Source: Candidatus Caenarcanales bacterium (lineage in GTDB: Bacteria; Cyanobacteriota; Vampirovibrionia; Caenarcaniphilales; Caenarcanaceae). Taken from it: DNA of 38,469 bases. Location: assembly GCA_947489925.1 (NCBI GenBank), contig CANLFK010000001.1, positions 1-38,469 on the forward strand, read 5' to 3'. Of this stretch, positions 26,282-36,930 are shown piece after piece. The notes under the pieces were generated by a model. It ran no database searches, was not told the origin of the DNA, and worked only from the letters and a program-made list of their open reading frames with translations. The first letter of the stretch is position 1. Every line of letters starts with the position of its first letter. A program made the position numbers and the translations under genes.

Positions 26282-27412
26282 TCAATTTGTCCTTGGAATT
26301 AACTGTTCGTAAACTTGACTGACCGCTTTAAGCATTATTTTTAAAGTGAATTTATGGTCGAAAATCTTTCTGGATTCATGCCCCATTTTAATTAGCAAAT
26401 TATTATTTAGTGAATTTAACAAAGCATTTTGTAGCTCTGAGAGCGAATTATTATTTATTAAAAAACCATTAATTTGATTTTCAATAATTTCTGGAATTCC
26501 GCCAACCGCTGAAGCAATTAAAGGTTTAGATTGTCTAGCCGCTTCCAACAAGCTAATTGGCAAGCCTTCTCTTTCTGAAATTAAGCAAAATATATCGGCT
26601 TTTTCAATTAAAGGTTCAATCGGATAAATTTCTCCTAAAAAATGAATATGAGAGCTTAAATTTAAACTTTTTGCTAATTCTTTGCAAGCTGATTTTTGCG
26701 ATCCTTCGCCAGCCAAAAGTAAAATAATATTTTGATTAGTTTTTTTAATTAATTCACTAAAAGCTAAAATCAATAAATCTTGCCTTTTTGGTTCAGCAAA
26801 GCGAGCCGCCATCAAGATTTTGACAGATTTATTATTTTCAGGTTCGCTAAAACTAAATTCATAATTTTTGTAAGAGTTTAAATCTAGCTCAGCAAGCCCA
26901 TTATGAATAGTAGTCAATTTAGTTTTAGGAAATAATTTAGTTTTTAAAGCTAATTCATAATCAAAGTCAGAAACACAAATTATTTTTTGGCTAATTAAAC
27001 CAGCCAAGCATTCAGCCAATAAAGCAATTAAACGACTTTTCAAATTTACTTTCGGGTGAAAAGCCCAGCCATGAGCAGTAAAAACAGCTGGAATTTTACA
27101 AATAAAAGCTACGCAGCGTCCAATTATGCCAGCCTTAGAAGAATGACAATGAATTAAATCTGGTTTTAAAGTTTTAATTAAGTTTTTAATTTCCTGAAAA
27201 GCCAAATAGTCTTGTTTTAAAGAAAGCTCTCTCTGTAAGCTATTTACTATATAATATTTAATTTTTAATTCATCTAATCTATCGGTTAAAAAACCTTTTT
27301 CGCCTACTATAACTTCAAAGTCAAGCTTATTTTGTAAACCTTTAATTAATTCTAGTAAATGTATTTGTGCTCCGCCGCAGTCAGCCAAAGTAATAATTTG
27401 TAAAATTTTCAT
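26282..27412 (-). CDS. Glycosyltransferase family 4 (GT-B, retaining)
   Basis: N-terminal GGAQIH, and an EX7E motif in EREGLPISLLEAARQSKPLIAS. Confidence 0.85.
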   Translation of the reverse strand: MKILQIITLADCGGAQIHLLELIKGLQNKLDFEVIVGEKGFLTDRLDELKIKYYIVNSLQRELSLKQDYLAFQEIKNLIKTLKPDLIHCHSSKAGIIGRCVAFICKIPAVFTAHGWAFHPKVNLKSRLIALLAECLAGLISQKIICVSDFDYELALKTKLFPKTKLTTIHNGLAELDLNSYKNYEFSFSEPENNKSVKILMAARFAEPKRQDLLILAFSELIKKTNQNIILLLAGEGSQKSACKELAKSLNLSSHIHFLGEIYPIEPLIEKADIFCLISEREGLPISLLEAARQSKPLIASAVGGIPEIIENQINGFLINNNSLSELQNALLNSLNNNLLIKMGHESRKIFDHKFTLKIMLKAVSQVYEQLIPRTN

Positions 27413-27510
27413 TTTTAAAGATACCTAAGCTAATAATAATACAGAACAAATAAACAAAATATAAATCATTAGTTGGGTATGATAAATAAAATAAACAATA
27501 AATACTAAAA

Positions 27511-29727
27511 ATGCCTGAAAAAATAAGTAATAAAAACAATAATAATTTATTCACCAATAAAAACTTTGTATTACTTCTTTTAATCAATATATTTGTAATC
27601 TTTAGCGATAAATTAGTACAAATACCTACTGAGACTACTGAGATTAAAGGAAATCATATTATTACTACTATAATTTTGATTTTACCTTATATATTCTTTG
27701 CTCCATTAGCTGGTTATTTAGCTGATAAATACAAGAAAAAAGATATTTTATTCAAAAGTGTTTTAGTTAAACTTGGAGTTCTTTGGATTGTATATATGAT
27801 GATTTTATCTTTCTTGTTTGGTTTGGCGGGAAAGCCAGCAACTTTTGAAGACCTACTTTCTCATCCAAACATAGCTAGCTTCTTTTCTTTTTATAATAAT
27901 AATCCAATATTTAGTATTTTATTTTTTGCAATATTTTTAAATTTATGTACAAACAAACATATACATTTGCTGATTAAAATTATACTTTTTCTACTTTCTG
28001 GAGTGGCATTAGCTCATTTTACATATATTCTTTTAAGAACAGAATTTTTGTATAAGAACAGTGGGTCTATCATTATATTTTTATCTTCTACAGTAGCTGC
28101 TTTTATAAATATCATTACCTTAAGTTTAATACCAAATATAGTACAGAAATCTAATTTGCGTTCTGCTAATGCTTTAATAATCAGCTTAAATATTTTACTT
28201 AATTATTTAGTTAGTTCTTCATTGTTAGGAGAAGATAGATATTTCTTTATTCTGATATTTAGTATTTCAATTACTTCTATTATTAGTTTGATCTTGGTAA
28301 AATTCATTAAACTAAAAGAAAAAAATCAATTATCTGTGAATAAGCTTCAAGAGCTTTTAGGTCAAGGTAAAATTAAGATTTCTGAAATTGATAAAATACA
28401 TTCTCTTGAGAAATCATTAAAAAACCAGTATCAAGTTTCACAAGAAAAATTAGACGAAATCTTAATAAGTTCCAATTATAAATATGATACTTTTTACATA
28501 AAAGCCCATGAATGGATAAAACAAGGTACTCCAGCTGGAAATGAAATAAAATACAAAAATATATTCATTCAATTTACGCAAAGTTTTAAAAGTACAATTA
28601 CTTACTTAAAGACTCATCAAAAGACAAAAAGAATAATTGAATTAGCTTGTGCATTATCGCTTTTAACTTCGGTATTTTATATTGCATTAATTGCTTTAGC
28701 TCAGGACAAATTAAACACTTTCTTAATCATGATTGGAAGCGGAATGTTACTTGGTGTAATCGGCATAAACTTTTTGCAAAACAAATTCAAACTAAATGAT
28801 TTACTTACTTTTTCTTTTATAGTTTTAGTAATTGCGTTTGGTACTGCCCAATTTGTTAATTCGATTGAAATGGCTTGGTTTTGGCTTATACCAATTGGAA
28901 TAGTTAATGTAATTATAAATATGTTAATCGAAACAGCTATTCAAAAAACAGTACCCAATCGCTTTCGGGGAAAAGTATTCGGTTTTAAAGCTTTTATTAC
29001 TAATTTAATATTTGTAATTTGTTTGATAATTATGTCTCAATTTGTATTAGTTAAAACCCCGCCAATTGAGTTAATTCATGGTTTGGCTTATTTTGCTTTT
29101 AGTATTACTTCAATCATATTATTTTTTAGACGGAATTTTGTTTATTATGTACTCAGACTATTATTCAAGCCAATAATGTATTTGTTTTTCCAATTAAAAA
29201 TAAAAGGTAGGCAGCACTTAAAACATAAAGGTTCATTAATTTTGGCGGGCAATCATACGGGCTGGCTAGATGGCTTTATTGTCGGTACTGCTTCTAAGCG
29301 AAATTTAGAATTTATGGTAACTTCTGAAGTTTTAAGTTGGCCAATTATTCGTCATGTCGCAAGAGCTTTGGCATTTATACCAGTATTTGATGGACAAGGA
29401 AAAAACGCTCTCAAGGAAGCAATTGATGATTTGAAATGTGGTAAAGCTATTTGTATTTTTCCCGAAGGTAAATTATCGGAAGATGGAAGTATTGCTAAAT
29501 TTAACCGTGGAGTTGCCAGACTGCAAACTAAAAGCCAAGCTCCCATTATTCCTTTTGCAATTCATGGTGGTTTTGAAGCTTGGTCTTATCATCATAAATT
29601 ACCTCGTTTTCACAAAATAATTATTGAATTTGGAGAGCCACTTTATTACACTGAAGAGAAAGATGAAAAATCTATTATTGATGAATTAAGACAAAAAGTA
29701 ATAGAATTAAAAAATAATTTGCTATAA
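27511..29727 (+). CDS. Fusion protein: an MFS-like (LplT-type lysophospholipid transporter) membrane domain plus a C-terminal PlsC-type lysophospholipid acyltransferase
   Basis: About 540 aa of polytopic membrane sequence are followed by the acyltransferase motifs GNHTGWLDGF (HX4D) and IFPEGKLSEDG. The exact start is uncertain. Confidence 0.75.
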   Translation: MPEKISNKNNNNLFTNKNFVLLLLINIFVIFSDKLVQIPTETTEIKGNHIITTIILILPYIFFAPLAGYLADKYKKKDILFKSVLVKLGVLWIVYMMILSFLFGLAGKPATFEDLLSHPNIASFFSFYNNNPIFSILFFAIFLNLCTNKHIHLLIKIILFLLSGVALAHFTYILLRTEFLYKNSGSIIIFLSSTVAAFINIITLSLIPNIVQKSNLRSANALIISLNILLNYLVSSSLLGEDRYFFILIFSISITSIISLILVKFIKLKEKNQLSVNKLQELLGQGKIKISEIDKIHSLEKSLKNQYQVSQEKLDEILISSNYKYDTFYIKAHEWIKQGTPAGNEIKYKNIFIQFTQSFKSTITYLKTHQKTKRIIELACALSLLTSVFYIALIALAQDKLNTFLIMIGSGMLLGVIGINFLQNKFKLNDLLTFSFIVLVIAFGTAQFVNSIEMAWFWLIPIGIVNVIINMLIETAIQKTVPNRFRGKVFGFKAFITNLIFVICLIIMSQFVLVKTPPIELIHGLAYFAFSITSIILFFRRNFVYYVLRLLFKPIMYLFFQLKIKGRQHLKHKGSLILAGNHTGWLDGFIVGTASKRNLEFMVTSEVLSWPIIRHVARALAFIPVFDGQGKNALKEAIDDLKCGKAICIFPEGKLSEDGSIAKFNRGVARLQTKSQAPIIPFAIHGGFEAWSYHHKLPRFHKIIIEFGEPLYYTEEKDEKSIIDELRQKVIELKNNLL
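29696..29727. repeat. Direct repeat copy 1 (32 bp): the last codons plus the stop of the MFS/acyltransferase gene
   Basis: AAGTAATAGAATTAAAAAATAATTTGCTATAA here compares with AAGTAATAGAATTGAAAAATAATTTGTTATAA at 29885-29916, giving 2 mismatches and a 189-bp offset. Confidence 0.8.
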
Positions 29728-29739
29728 TGATCAAAGAAA

Positions 29740-29886
29740 ATGAACAATTCTAATAAAAAAGAGTTTTTTGACTATATTGAAAATTTAATTGAATCCGAAG
29801 CTATTTTTCAAGCAATGCAAGAAGGAGATCAAGCTAGATTAACTGAAAAAGAAATGATTGAAATGATGAATGAGCTGAAACAATAA
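29740..29886 (+). CDS. Small acidic ORF (48 aa) inside the repeat-flanked 189-bp insertion
   Basis: MNNSNKKEFFDYIENLIESEAIFQAMQEGDQARLTEKEMIEMMNELKQ*. The ribosome-binding site is weak. The ORF is too short for the supplied ORF track. Confidence 0.3.
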   Translation: MNNSNKKEFFDYIENLIESEAIFQAMQEGDQARLTEKEMIEMMNELKQ

Positions 29887-29916
29887 GTAATAGAATTGAA
29901 AAATAATTTGTTATAA
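29885..29916. repeat. Direct repeat copy 2 (32 bp)
   Basis: See 29696-29727. Confidence 0.8.
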
Positions 29917-29934
29917 AGAGTTATTATTAAAAAT

Positions 29935-30981
29935 ATGAAAAATAGTATTTTATTAGTTAATTTAGACAAGGGCTGGGGAGGCGGACAAGAGTATTTAATT
30001 AGCTTAATTGATGGGCTTTTAACCGCAAACTATCAAGTAGGACAAATATTAAAAACTAATTCAATTTCTGATACTAGATTCCCCGACAATTTTACGAAAT
30101 ACTCTAATTATTTTAGCTTAAGTTTTGGTGGCTTTAAAAATATTTTTAATTTAATAAAGTTTGGTACTCAATATTCAATTATTCATATTCACAGAGAGCA
30201 TGATTTATGGTTAGGTTTATTAATAAAACTTTTTCAGCCTAAAATTAAAATATTTTTTTCACAACATATTTGCCCTAGCCGCAACAGATTTATTTTTAAT
30301 TTTATTGATGCAATTAGTTGTAATTCTGAATGGGTAAAAGATATTTTTGTAAAATTAAATAAGCCCAAATTAATAGTTAATATTATTTCTCCTTGTATAG
30401 AATTACCAAATAATATTGAGTCAGTTGATTTAATCGGTAATCCAAAGATTTTAATGACTGGTACTTTTTACAAAAATCAAACTGAATTAATTACAATTTT
30501 CAATGAATTAATAGAAGATTTACCCGAAGCTCATTTATATTTAATTAGTCCAATTAATGACTCAGAAAGAAAAGACGAATTGAATAAACAAATAAAAAGT
30601 TTAAAATTAGAAAAACAAATTAGTTTGATAACTGGTTTAAAAAGATTAGAATATTTAAAATTATTAAAAAGTGCAGATATACTTGTTTCAACATATGACA
30701 AAGAAGGTTTTGGTATGGCTTTATTAGAAGCAGCTTTCTTAAATAAACCAATAATTACTTATAATCAAGGTGGTTCAGTTGAACTTTTGCAAGATTATGC
30801 TATTTTAATTGAACCTAAAAATACAGCTCTCTTTAAAACCGAATTATTAAAGGTTTCCAAAAATCTAGAAGGCTACTCTGAAAGCAGAAAGGAAAAATCT
30901 GAATATTTAAAAAATAAGTTTAACAAACAAAAATTTATACAAAGTCATCTGGAAATTTATAATAAACTTATTGAAAATTAA
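29935..30981 (+). CDS. Glycosyltransferase family 4
   Basis: GWGGGQEY N-terminus and an EX7E motif in KEGFGMALLEAAFLNKPIIT. Confidence 0.8.
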   Translation: MKNSILLVNLDKGWGGGQEYLISLIDGLLTANYQVGQILKTNSISDTRFPDNFTKYSNYFSLSFGGFKNIFNLIKFGTQYSIIHIHREHDLWLGLLIKLFQPKIKIFFSQHICPSRNRFIFNFIDAISCNSEWVKDIFVKLNKPKLIVNIISPCIELPNNIESVDLIGNPKILMTGTFYKNQTELITIFNELIEDLPEAHLYLISPINDSERKDELNKQIKSLKLEKQISLITGLKRLEYLKLLKSADILVSTYDKEGFGMALLEAAFLNKPIITYNQGGSVELLQDYAILIEPKNTALFKTELLKVSKNLEGYSESRKEKSEYLKNKFNKQKFIQSHLEIYNKLIEN

Positions 30982-31690
30982 TATGTTACCTAAAATATTT
31001 ACTAAATATCAAAATATCTGTATAATAGCTCCCCATCAAGATGATGAAATATTAGGTTTGGGTGGTACAATTGCATTTTTAATAAAACATCATAAAAATA
31101 TTCATATAATATTTACTACTAATGGCGAAAAAGGTATTAAAAAAAGTTTGCCGATAATTACTAGTTTTATTAGAGCAAAAGAATTTCAAGAAGTGAAAAA
31201 AACCTTGCTTAATGAGTTTAATTTAAGCCAAAAGGATTTTAATTTAAAAGAGTATTTTCTTAATTTTCCTGATGGAAAGCTGGAACAAAATTTTAGTAAA
31301 TTAAAAGAAAAATTAAATAGTTTATTAATTCAAATAAAACCAGACTTGATTTTTTTGCCTAATATAAATGATTGGCACAATGATCACAAAATATCACATA
31401 CAGCTTGTTTCGAAAGTTTAATAGATTTAAAAACAAAAAATATTTTAATTGATGCTTTAATTTATGAAGTTTGGTCTCCCTTTGCCCAAGCTGATATTCA
31501 TATTAATATTACTGAATTTGCTAGTCTTAAAAGGAAGCTAATTCAATGTTATGCTTCACAAGTAAAACAATTAGACTTTGAGTCTTCTATCATGGGATTA
31601 AATGCTTATCGCAGTATGTTTTTAAAAAAAGAAGAAAGGCTTGTCGGGCAAAATAATTATGTTGAAAGTTTTTGCAAATTGATATTTTGA
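30971..31690 (+). CDS. PIG-L/LmbE-family N-acetylglucosaminyl deacetylase
   Basis: APHQDDEILGLGGTIA (the zinc-binding PHxDDE motif) and a downstream HNDH. It overlaps the upstream GT4 gene by 11 nt. Confidence 0.8.
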   Translation: MKINMLPKIFTKYQNICIIAPHQDDEILGLGGTIAFLIKHHKNIHIIFTTNGEKGIKKSLPIITSFIRAKEFQEVKKTLLNEFNLSQKDFNLKEYFLNFPDGKLEQNFSKLKEKLNSLLIQIKPDLIFLPNINDWHNDHKISHTACFESLIDLKTKNILIDALIYEVWSPFAQADIHINITEFASLKRKLIQCYASQVKQLDFESSIMGLNAYRSMFLKKEERLVGQNNYVESFCKLIF

Positions 31691-31779
31691 AAATTTTGTT
31701 TGTTAGCTTATTAGAATTTTGGTAAACTTTAAAAATCATTTTTACATTTCTAAAATAAAAAACTAATAGGAGCTTTTAA

Positions 31780-33690
<1,911 letters not shown>

Positions 33691-33798
33691 TTTTTATCTT
33701 GCTGATTGCTAATATGTTAAATTTTAATTACTAAGTCAAGATAATCAAATTCGGTTATTCTTAATTAAATATATTTTTACAAATAAGTTGAGTATAAA

Positions 33799-34842
33799 AT
33801 GTTTAGGGAAGTAAAAGATTTACATTTAGCAAATCAGCCTTTAGAAAGAGATACTGAGGCTTTAGCAAAAAAAATTAAAGATTTGCTTTCAGCTAAAAAA
33901 GGGATTTTATTAACACATATTTATCAAAGGCTTGAAATTCAACGCATTTCTGATTATGTGGCGGATAGTTTGGCTCTTTCACGAGTGGCGGCTAAAACGG
34001 ATGCTGAATTAATTGTTTTTTGCGGTGTACATTTTATGGCGGAAACTGCCAAATTACTTTCACCAGAAAAAACAGTTTTATTGCCAGACTTAGCTTCTGG
34101 TTGTCCGATGGCTGATATGATTACACCAAAGGATTTACTTGAATTTAAAAAACAATCTCCTAATGCTCCCGTTATTTGTTATGTTAATTCATCGGCTGCG
34201 GTCAAAGCTGAATCGGATATTTGTTGTACTAGTACTAATGCAGTTGATATTGTTCGTTCATTACCAGACAAACAAGTAATTTTTATACCAGATAAAGGCT
34301 TGGGAGCTTGGGTTCAAAAGCAAATACCCGAAAAAGAAATTTTAATTTATGATGGTTTTTGCCCAACTCATTATCAAATTACTACTTCAGAAGTAGAAAG
34401 ATTAAGAAAAGCTCATCCAGAAGCAGTTATTATTGCTCATCCAGAATGTGATCCTAGTGTTTGGGAATTAGCGGATTTTGTTGGTAGTACTTCTCAGATT
34501 TATAAATTTGCGGAAGAATGCCCGCAAGAAGAAATTATTATTTTGTCAGAGCATGGCCTAATTAGACGAATGCAAGCTGATATGCCTCAGAAAAAGTTTT
34601 TGATGACTTTCCCTAATCCTCTTTGCCCAAATATGAAATATCACCGTTTAGAATCAATTGTGAATGCTTTAGAGAATAATGTTCATCAAATAAATATTTT
34701 GGAATATGGAGTAGAGAACGGTTTATTTGAAAGAGCCAGGAAAAGTATTACTCGTATGTTTGAAATTACTGAAGCTAAATATTCGCAATCTTATTGGCTG
34801 GGTGCTAAACAAAAAGGCTTTGCATTCACTAATATTTCGTGA
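33799..34842 (+). CDS. nadA: Quinolinate synthase A
   Basis: VFCGVHFMAETAKLL, CPMADM, YVNSSAAVKA and HPEC are present. Confidence 0.92.
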   Translation: MFREVKDLHLANQPLERDTEALAKKIKDLLSAKKGILLTHIYQRLEIQRISDYVADSLALSRVAAKTDAELIVFCGVHFMAETAKLLSPEKTVLLPDLASGCPMADMITPKDLLEFKKQSPNAPVICYVNSSAAVKAESDICCTSTNAVDIVRSLPDKQVIFIPDKGLGAWVQKQIPEKEILIYDGFCPTHYQITTSEVERLRKAHPEAVIIAHPECDPSVWELADFVGSTSQIYKFAEECPQEEIIILSEHGLIRRMQADMPQKKFLMTFPNPLCPNMKYHRLESIVNALENNVHQINILEYGVENGLFERARKSITRMFEITEAKYSQSYWLGAKQKGFAFTNIS

Positions 34843-34856
34843 AATTATAAAAAACA

Positions 34857-35717
34857 ATGATATTAAATAAAAAATTATTAGGCTTTCAGACAATAAAAGA
34901 GAGCTTCAAATTTGTAATAATAATTTGTTTTGTTTTGTCTTCTTTTATTAATCCAGCTTTCTCCTCTGAAAGAATCAAGTATTATATTTTCAAGGATAAG
35001 GTTAATTTACGCACAAAACCTTCTTTAGATTCAAAAATCTTGACTGAGATGTCAATTGGCGAAGAAGTTGAATTTATTGAAGAGCTGAAAAAAGAAGAGA
35101 AAATTAATGGCATTTCAAGTAATTGGTATAAAGTTCACTATAAAAAGCTTGAAGGTTATATTTGGGGAGGAATGTTTGCTAAAGCCGTAGTTGAAGATAA
35201 AACTAATCAAACCAAAGTTTTAATCGGCATTTCAAGTGTATCTGAACCAGATTTAAACAGTGGAATGAATGATCCTCTTAAAAACTTAGAAGCAAAACTT
35301 ATTAAAAACAATAAACTTATTTCCCAAATTAAATTTAAATCTATTGATAATCAGAGCTTGGAGTATCCTTCTATAAAGCTTGAAATTCTCAATAAAAAAG
35401 GATTTGAACCAGCAATAAAATTAATTCGTTTAGGTATGCCTCGTAATTGCTGTGGTTGCGATGGAGGAGATATTATTTTAATTTTGCACAATAATAAACT
35501 TATTTATGGTTTCAGAACTCTTGATTTAGGTGAAGCTGGTTCTTGGCATGTAAATTCTTCGATAATCTTTCCTAATGATAAAGGTGGTAAACAGAATCAA
35601 ATTATTGTTAAAGAAACCTCAACAGAGCTGGAAAACGAAAATGATAAAACTGAAAAAATCAAGTCTGTAAAATATAAAACTTTTGAATGGAAAAATGGGA
35701 AACTCGTACAAAAGTAA
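34857..35717 (+). CDS. Secreted hypothetical protein with an N-terminal bacterial SH3-like domain
   Basis: Signal/TM segment followed by VNLRTKPSLDSKIL..IGEEVEF...NWYKVHYKKLEGYIWGG, the SH3b pattern. Confidence 0.5.
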   Translation: MILNKKLLGFQTIKESFKFVIIICFVLSSFINPAFSSERIKYYIFKDKVNLRTKPSLDSKILTEMSIGEEVEFIEELKKEEKINGISSNWYKVHYKKLEGYIWGGMFAKAVVEDKTNQTKVLIGISSVSEPDLNSGMNDPLKNLEAKLIKNNKLISQIKFKSIDNQSLEYPSIKLEILNKKGFEPAIKLIRLGMPRNCCGCDGGDIILILHNNKLIYGFRTLDLGEAGSWHVNSSIIFPNDKGGKQNQIIVKETSTELENENDKTEKIKSVKYKTFEWKNGKLVQK

Positions 35718-35730
35718 ATGCTAATATTTC

Positions 35731-36321
35731 GTGAAATCTATGACTTTTAAATTAATTGTTTCAATACTTACTTTATGCACTTTCAACTTTTTACTTATGG
35801 ATAATATCGCCCAAAGCCAAACTTCAGCGGCAGCAACAACTAATAATTGCCCAGATTTATTAAATATAAAAGTTAAAGATATTAATGGACAAGAAGTAAA
35901 TTTGTGTAAATATCAGGGTAAAGTTTTATTAATTGTAAACACAGCTTCAAAATGTGGATTCACAGGTCAATACGCTGATTTGGAAAAACTATATCAAAAG
36001 TATCATAATCAAGGTCTCGAAATTTTAGCTTTTCCATCAAATGATTTTTTAAATCAAGAACCAGCCGCAGATGAACAAATCAAGAGTTTTTGTAGTTTAA
36101 ATTATAATATTAATTTTCCTTTATTCGCCAAAATTAAAGTTAAAGGTAAAGAACAAAGCCCATTATATGCCAAATTATCAGCATTAAAAGGTGGCCCTCA
36201 ATGGAATTTCCAAAAGTATTTAATTAACCGTGAAGGAAAATTAATTGAAAAATTTGCTCCAATAACTAGCCCATTATCAGCTAAAATAGAGAAAAGTATT
36301 AAGCTTGAAATAAATAAATGA
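35731..36321 (+). CDS. Glutathione peroxidase family protein with a signal peptide
   Basis: LIVNTASKCGFTGQY, LAFPSNDFLNQEP and WNFQKYLI are present. The apparent start is GTG. Confidence 0.9.
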   Translation: MKSMTFKLIVSILTLCTFNFLLMDNIAQSQTSAAATTNNCPDLLNIKVKDINGQEVNLCKYQGKVLLIVNTASKCGFTGQYADLEKLYQKYHNQGLEILAFPSNDFLNQEPAADEQIKSFCSLNYNINFPLFAKIKVKGKEQSPLYAKLSALKGGPQWNFQKYLINREGKLIEKFAPITSPLSAKIEKSIKLEINK

Positions 36322-36396
36322 GAGCTCTTTTTACATTTTGAAAAGTTTAAGTTATTCTTGTGAAAAGTAAAAGTATTAGGCTTTGAATCAATAAAT

Positions 36397-36927
36397 ATGA
36401 AATTATCCGAATCTGAAAAGAAATTTATTTTGCATTGGGGGGAAATGGGTGGCAAATGGGGAATTAATCGAACCGTTGCTCAAATTCATGCCCTGTTATT
36501 TATTTCTCCAGTCCCTTTGAATGCTGAAGATATTTCAAATACTTTAACTATTGCCAGATCTAATGTCAGCACTAGCATTAAAGAATTGCTGAACTGGGAA
36601 ATAATAAAAGCAATTCCTCTTTTGGGAGATAGGCGTGAACATTATGAAGCTATACAAGATGTTTGGCAAATGTTTCGGATTATTAGCGAAAAAAGAAAGA
36701 AAAAAGAAATAGACCCAACTGTCAATATTATCAAAGAATGCTTGCTCGAAAAAGGAGAAACAGACAATGAATTAAATGAATATTCAAGAACTAGACTAAA
36801 AGCTTTAACCGAGTTTTTTGATACAATTTTAGATTTTTATGACAGTGCCAACAAATTACCGACTGAATCAATTATTCAACTTTTAAAAGTCAGTAAGCAA
36901 ATGGATAAATTTTTAAAGTTAATTTAA
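36397..36927 (+). CDS. Winged-helix transcriptional regulator (MarR/GbsR-like)
   Basis: WGINRTVAQIHALLFISPVPLNAEDISNTLTIARSNVSTSIKELLNWEIIK. Confidence 0.6.
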   Translation: MKLSESEKKFILHWGEMGGKWGINRTVAQIHALLFISPVPLNAEDISNTLTIARSNVSTSIKELLNWEIIKAIPLLGDRREHYEAIQDVWQMFRIISEKRKKKEIDPTVNIIKECLLEKGETDNELNEYSRTRLKALTEFFDTILDFYDSANKLPTESIIQLLKVSKQMDKFLKLI

Positions 36928-36930
36928 TAG

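Noticed and set aside
27381-27587. A 68-aa minus-strand ORF between the divergent GT4 and MFS genes.
   Set aside because: It overlaps both gene starts, is AT-rich and hydrophobic by composition, and is most likely spurious.
29352-29620. ORFs at 29352-29546 (-) and 29438-29620 (+).
   Set aside because: They lie inside the well-supported acyltransferase domain, either in another frame or on the other strand.
36198-36455. An 85-aa minus-strand ORF spanning the gpx-regulator intergenic region.
   Set aside because: It overlaps both supported plus-strand genes and has no recognisable features.
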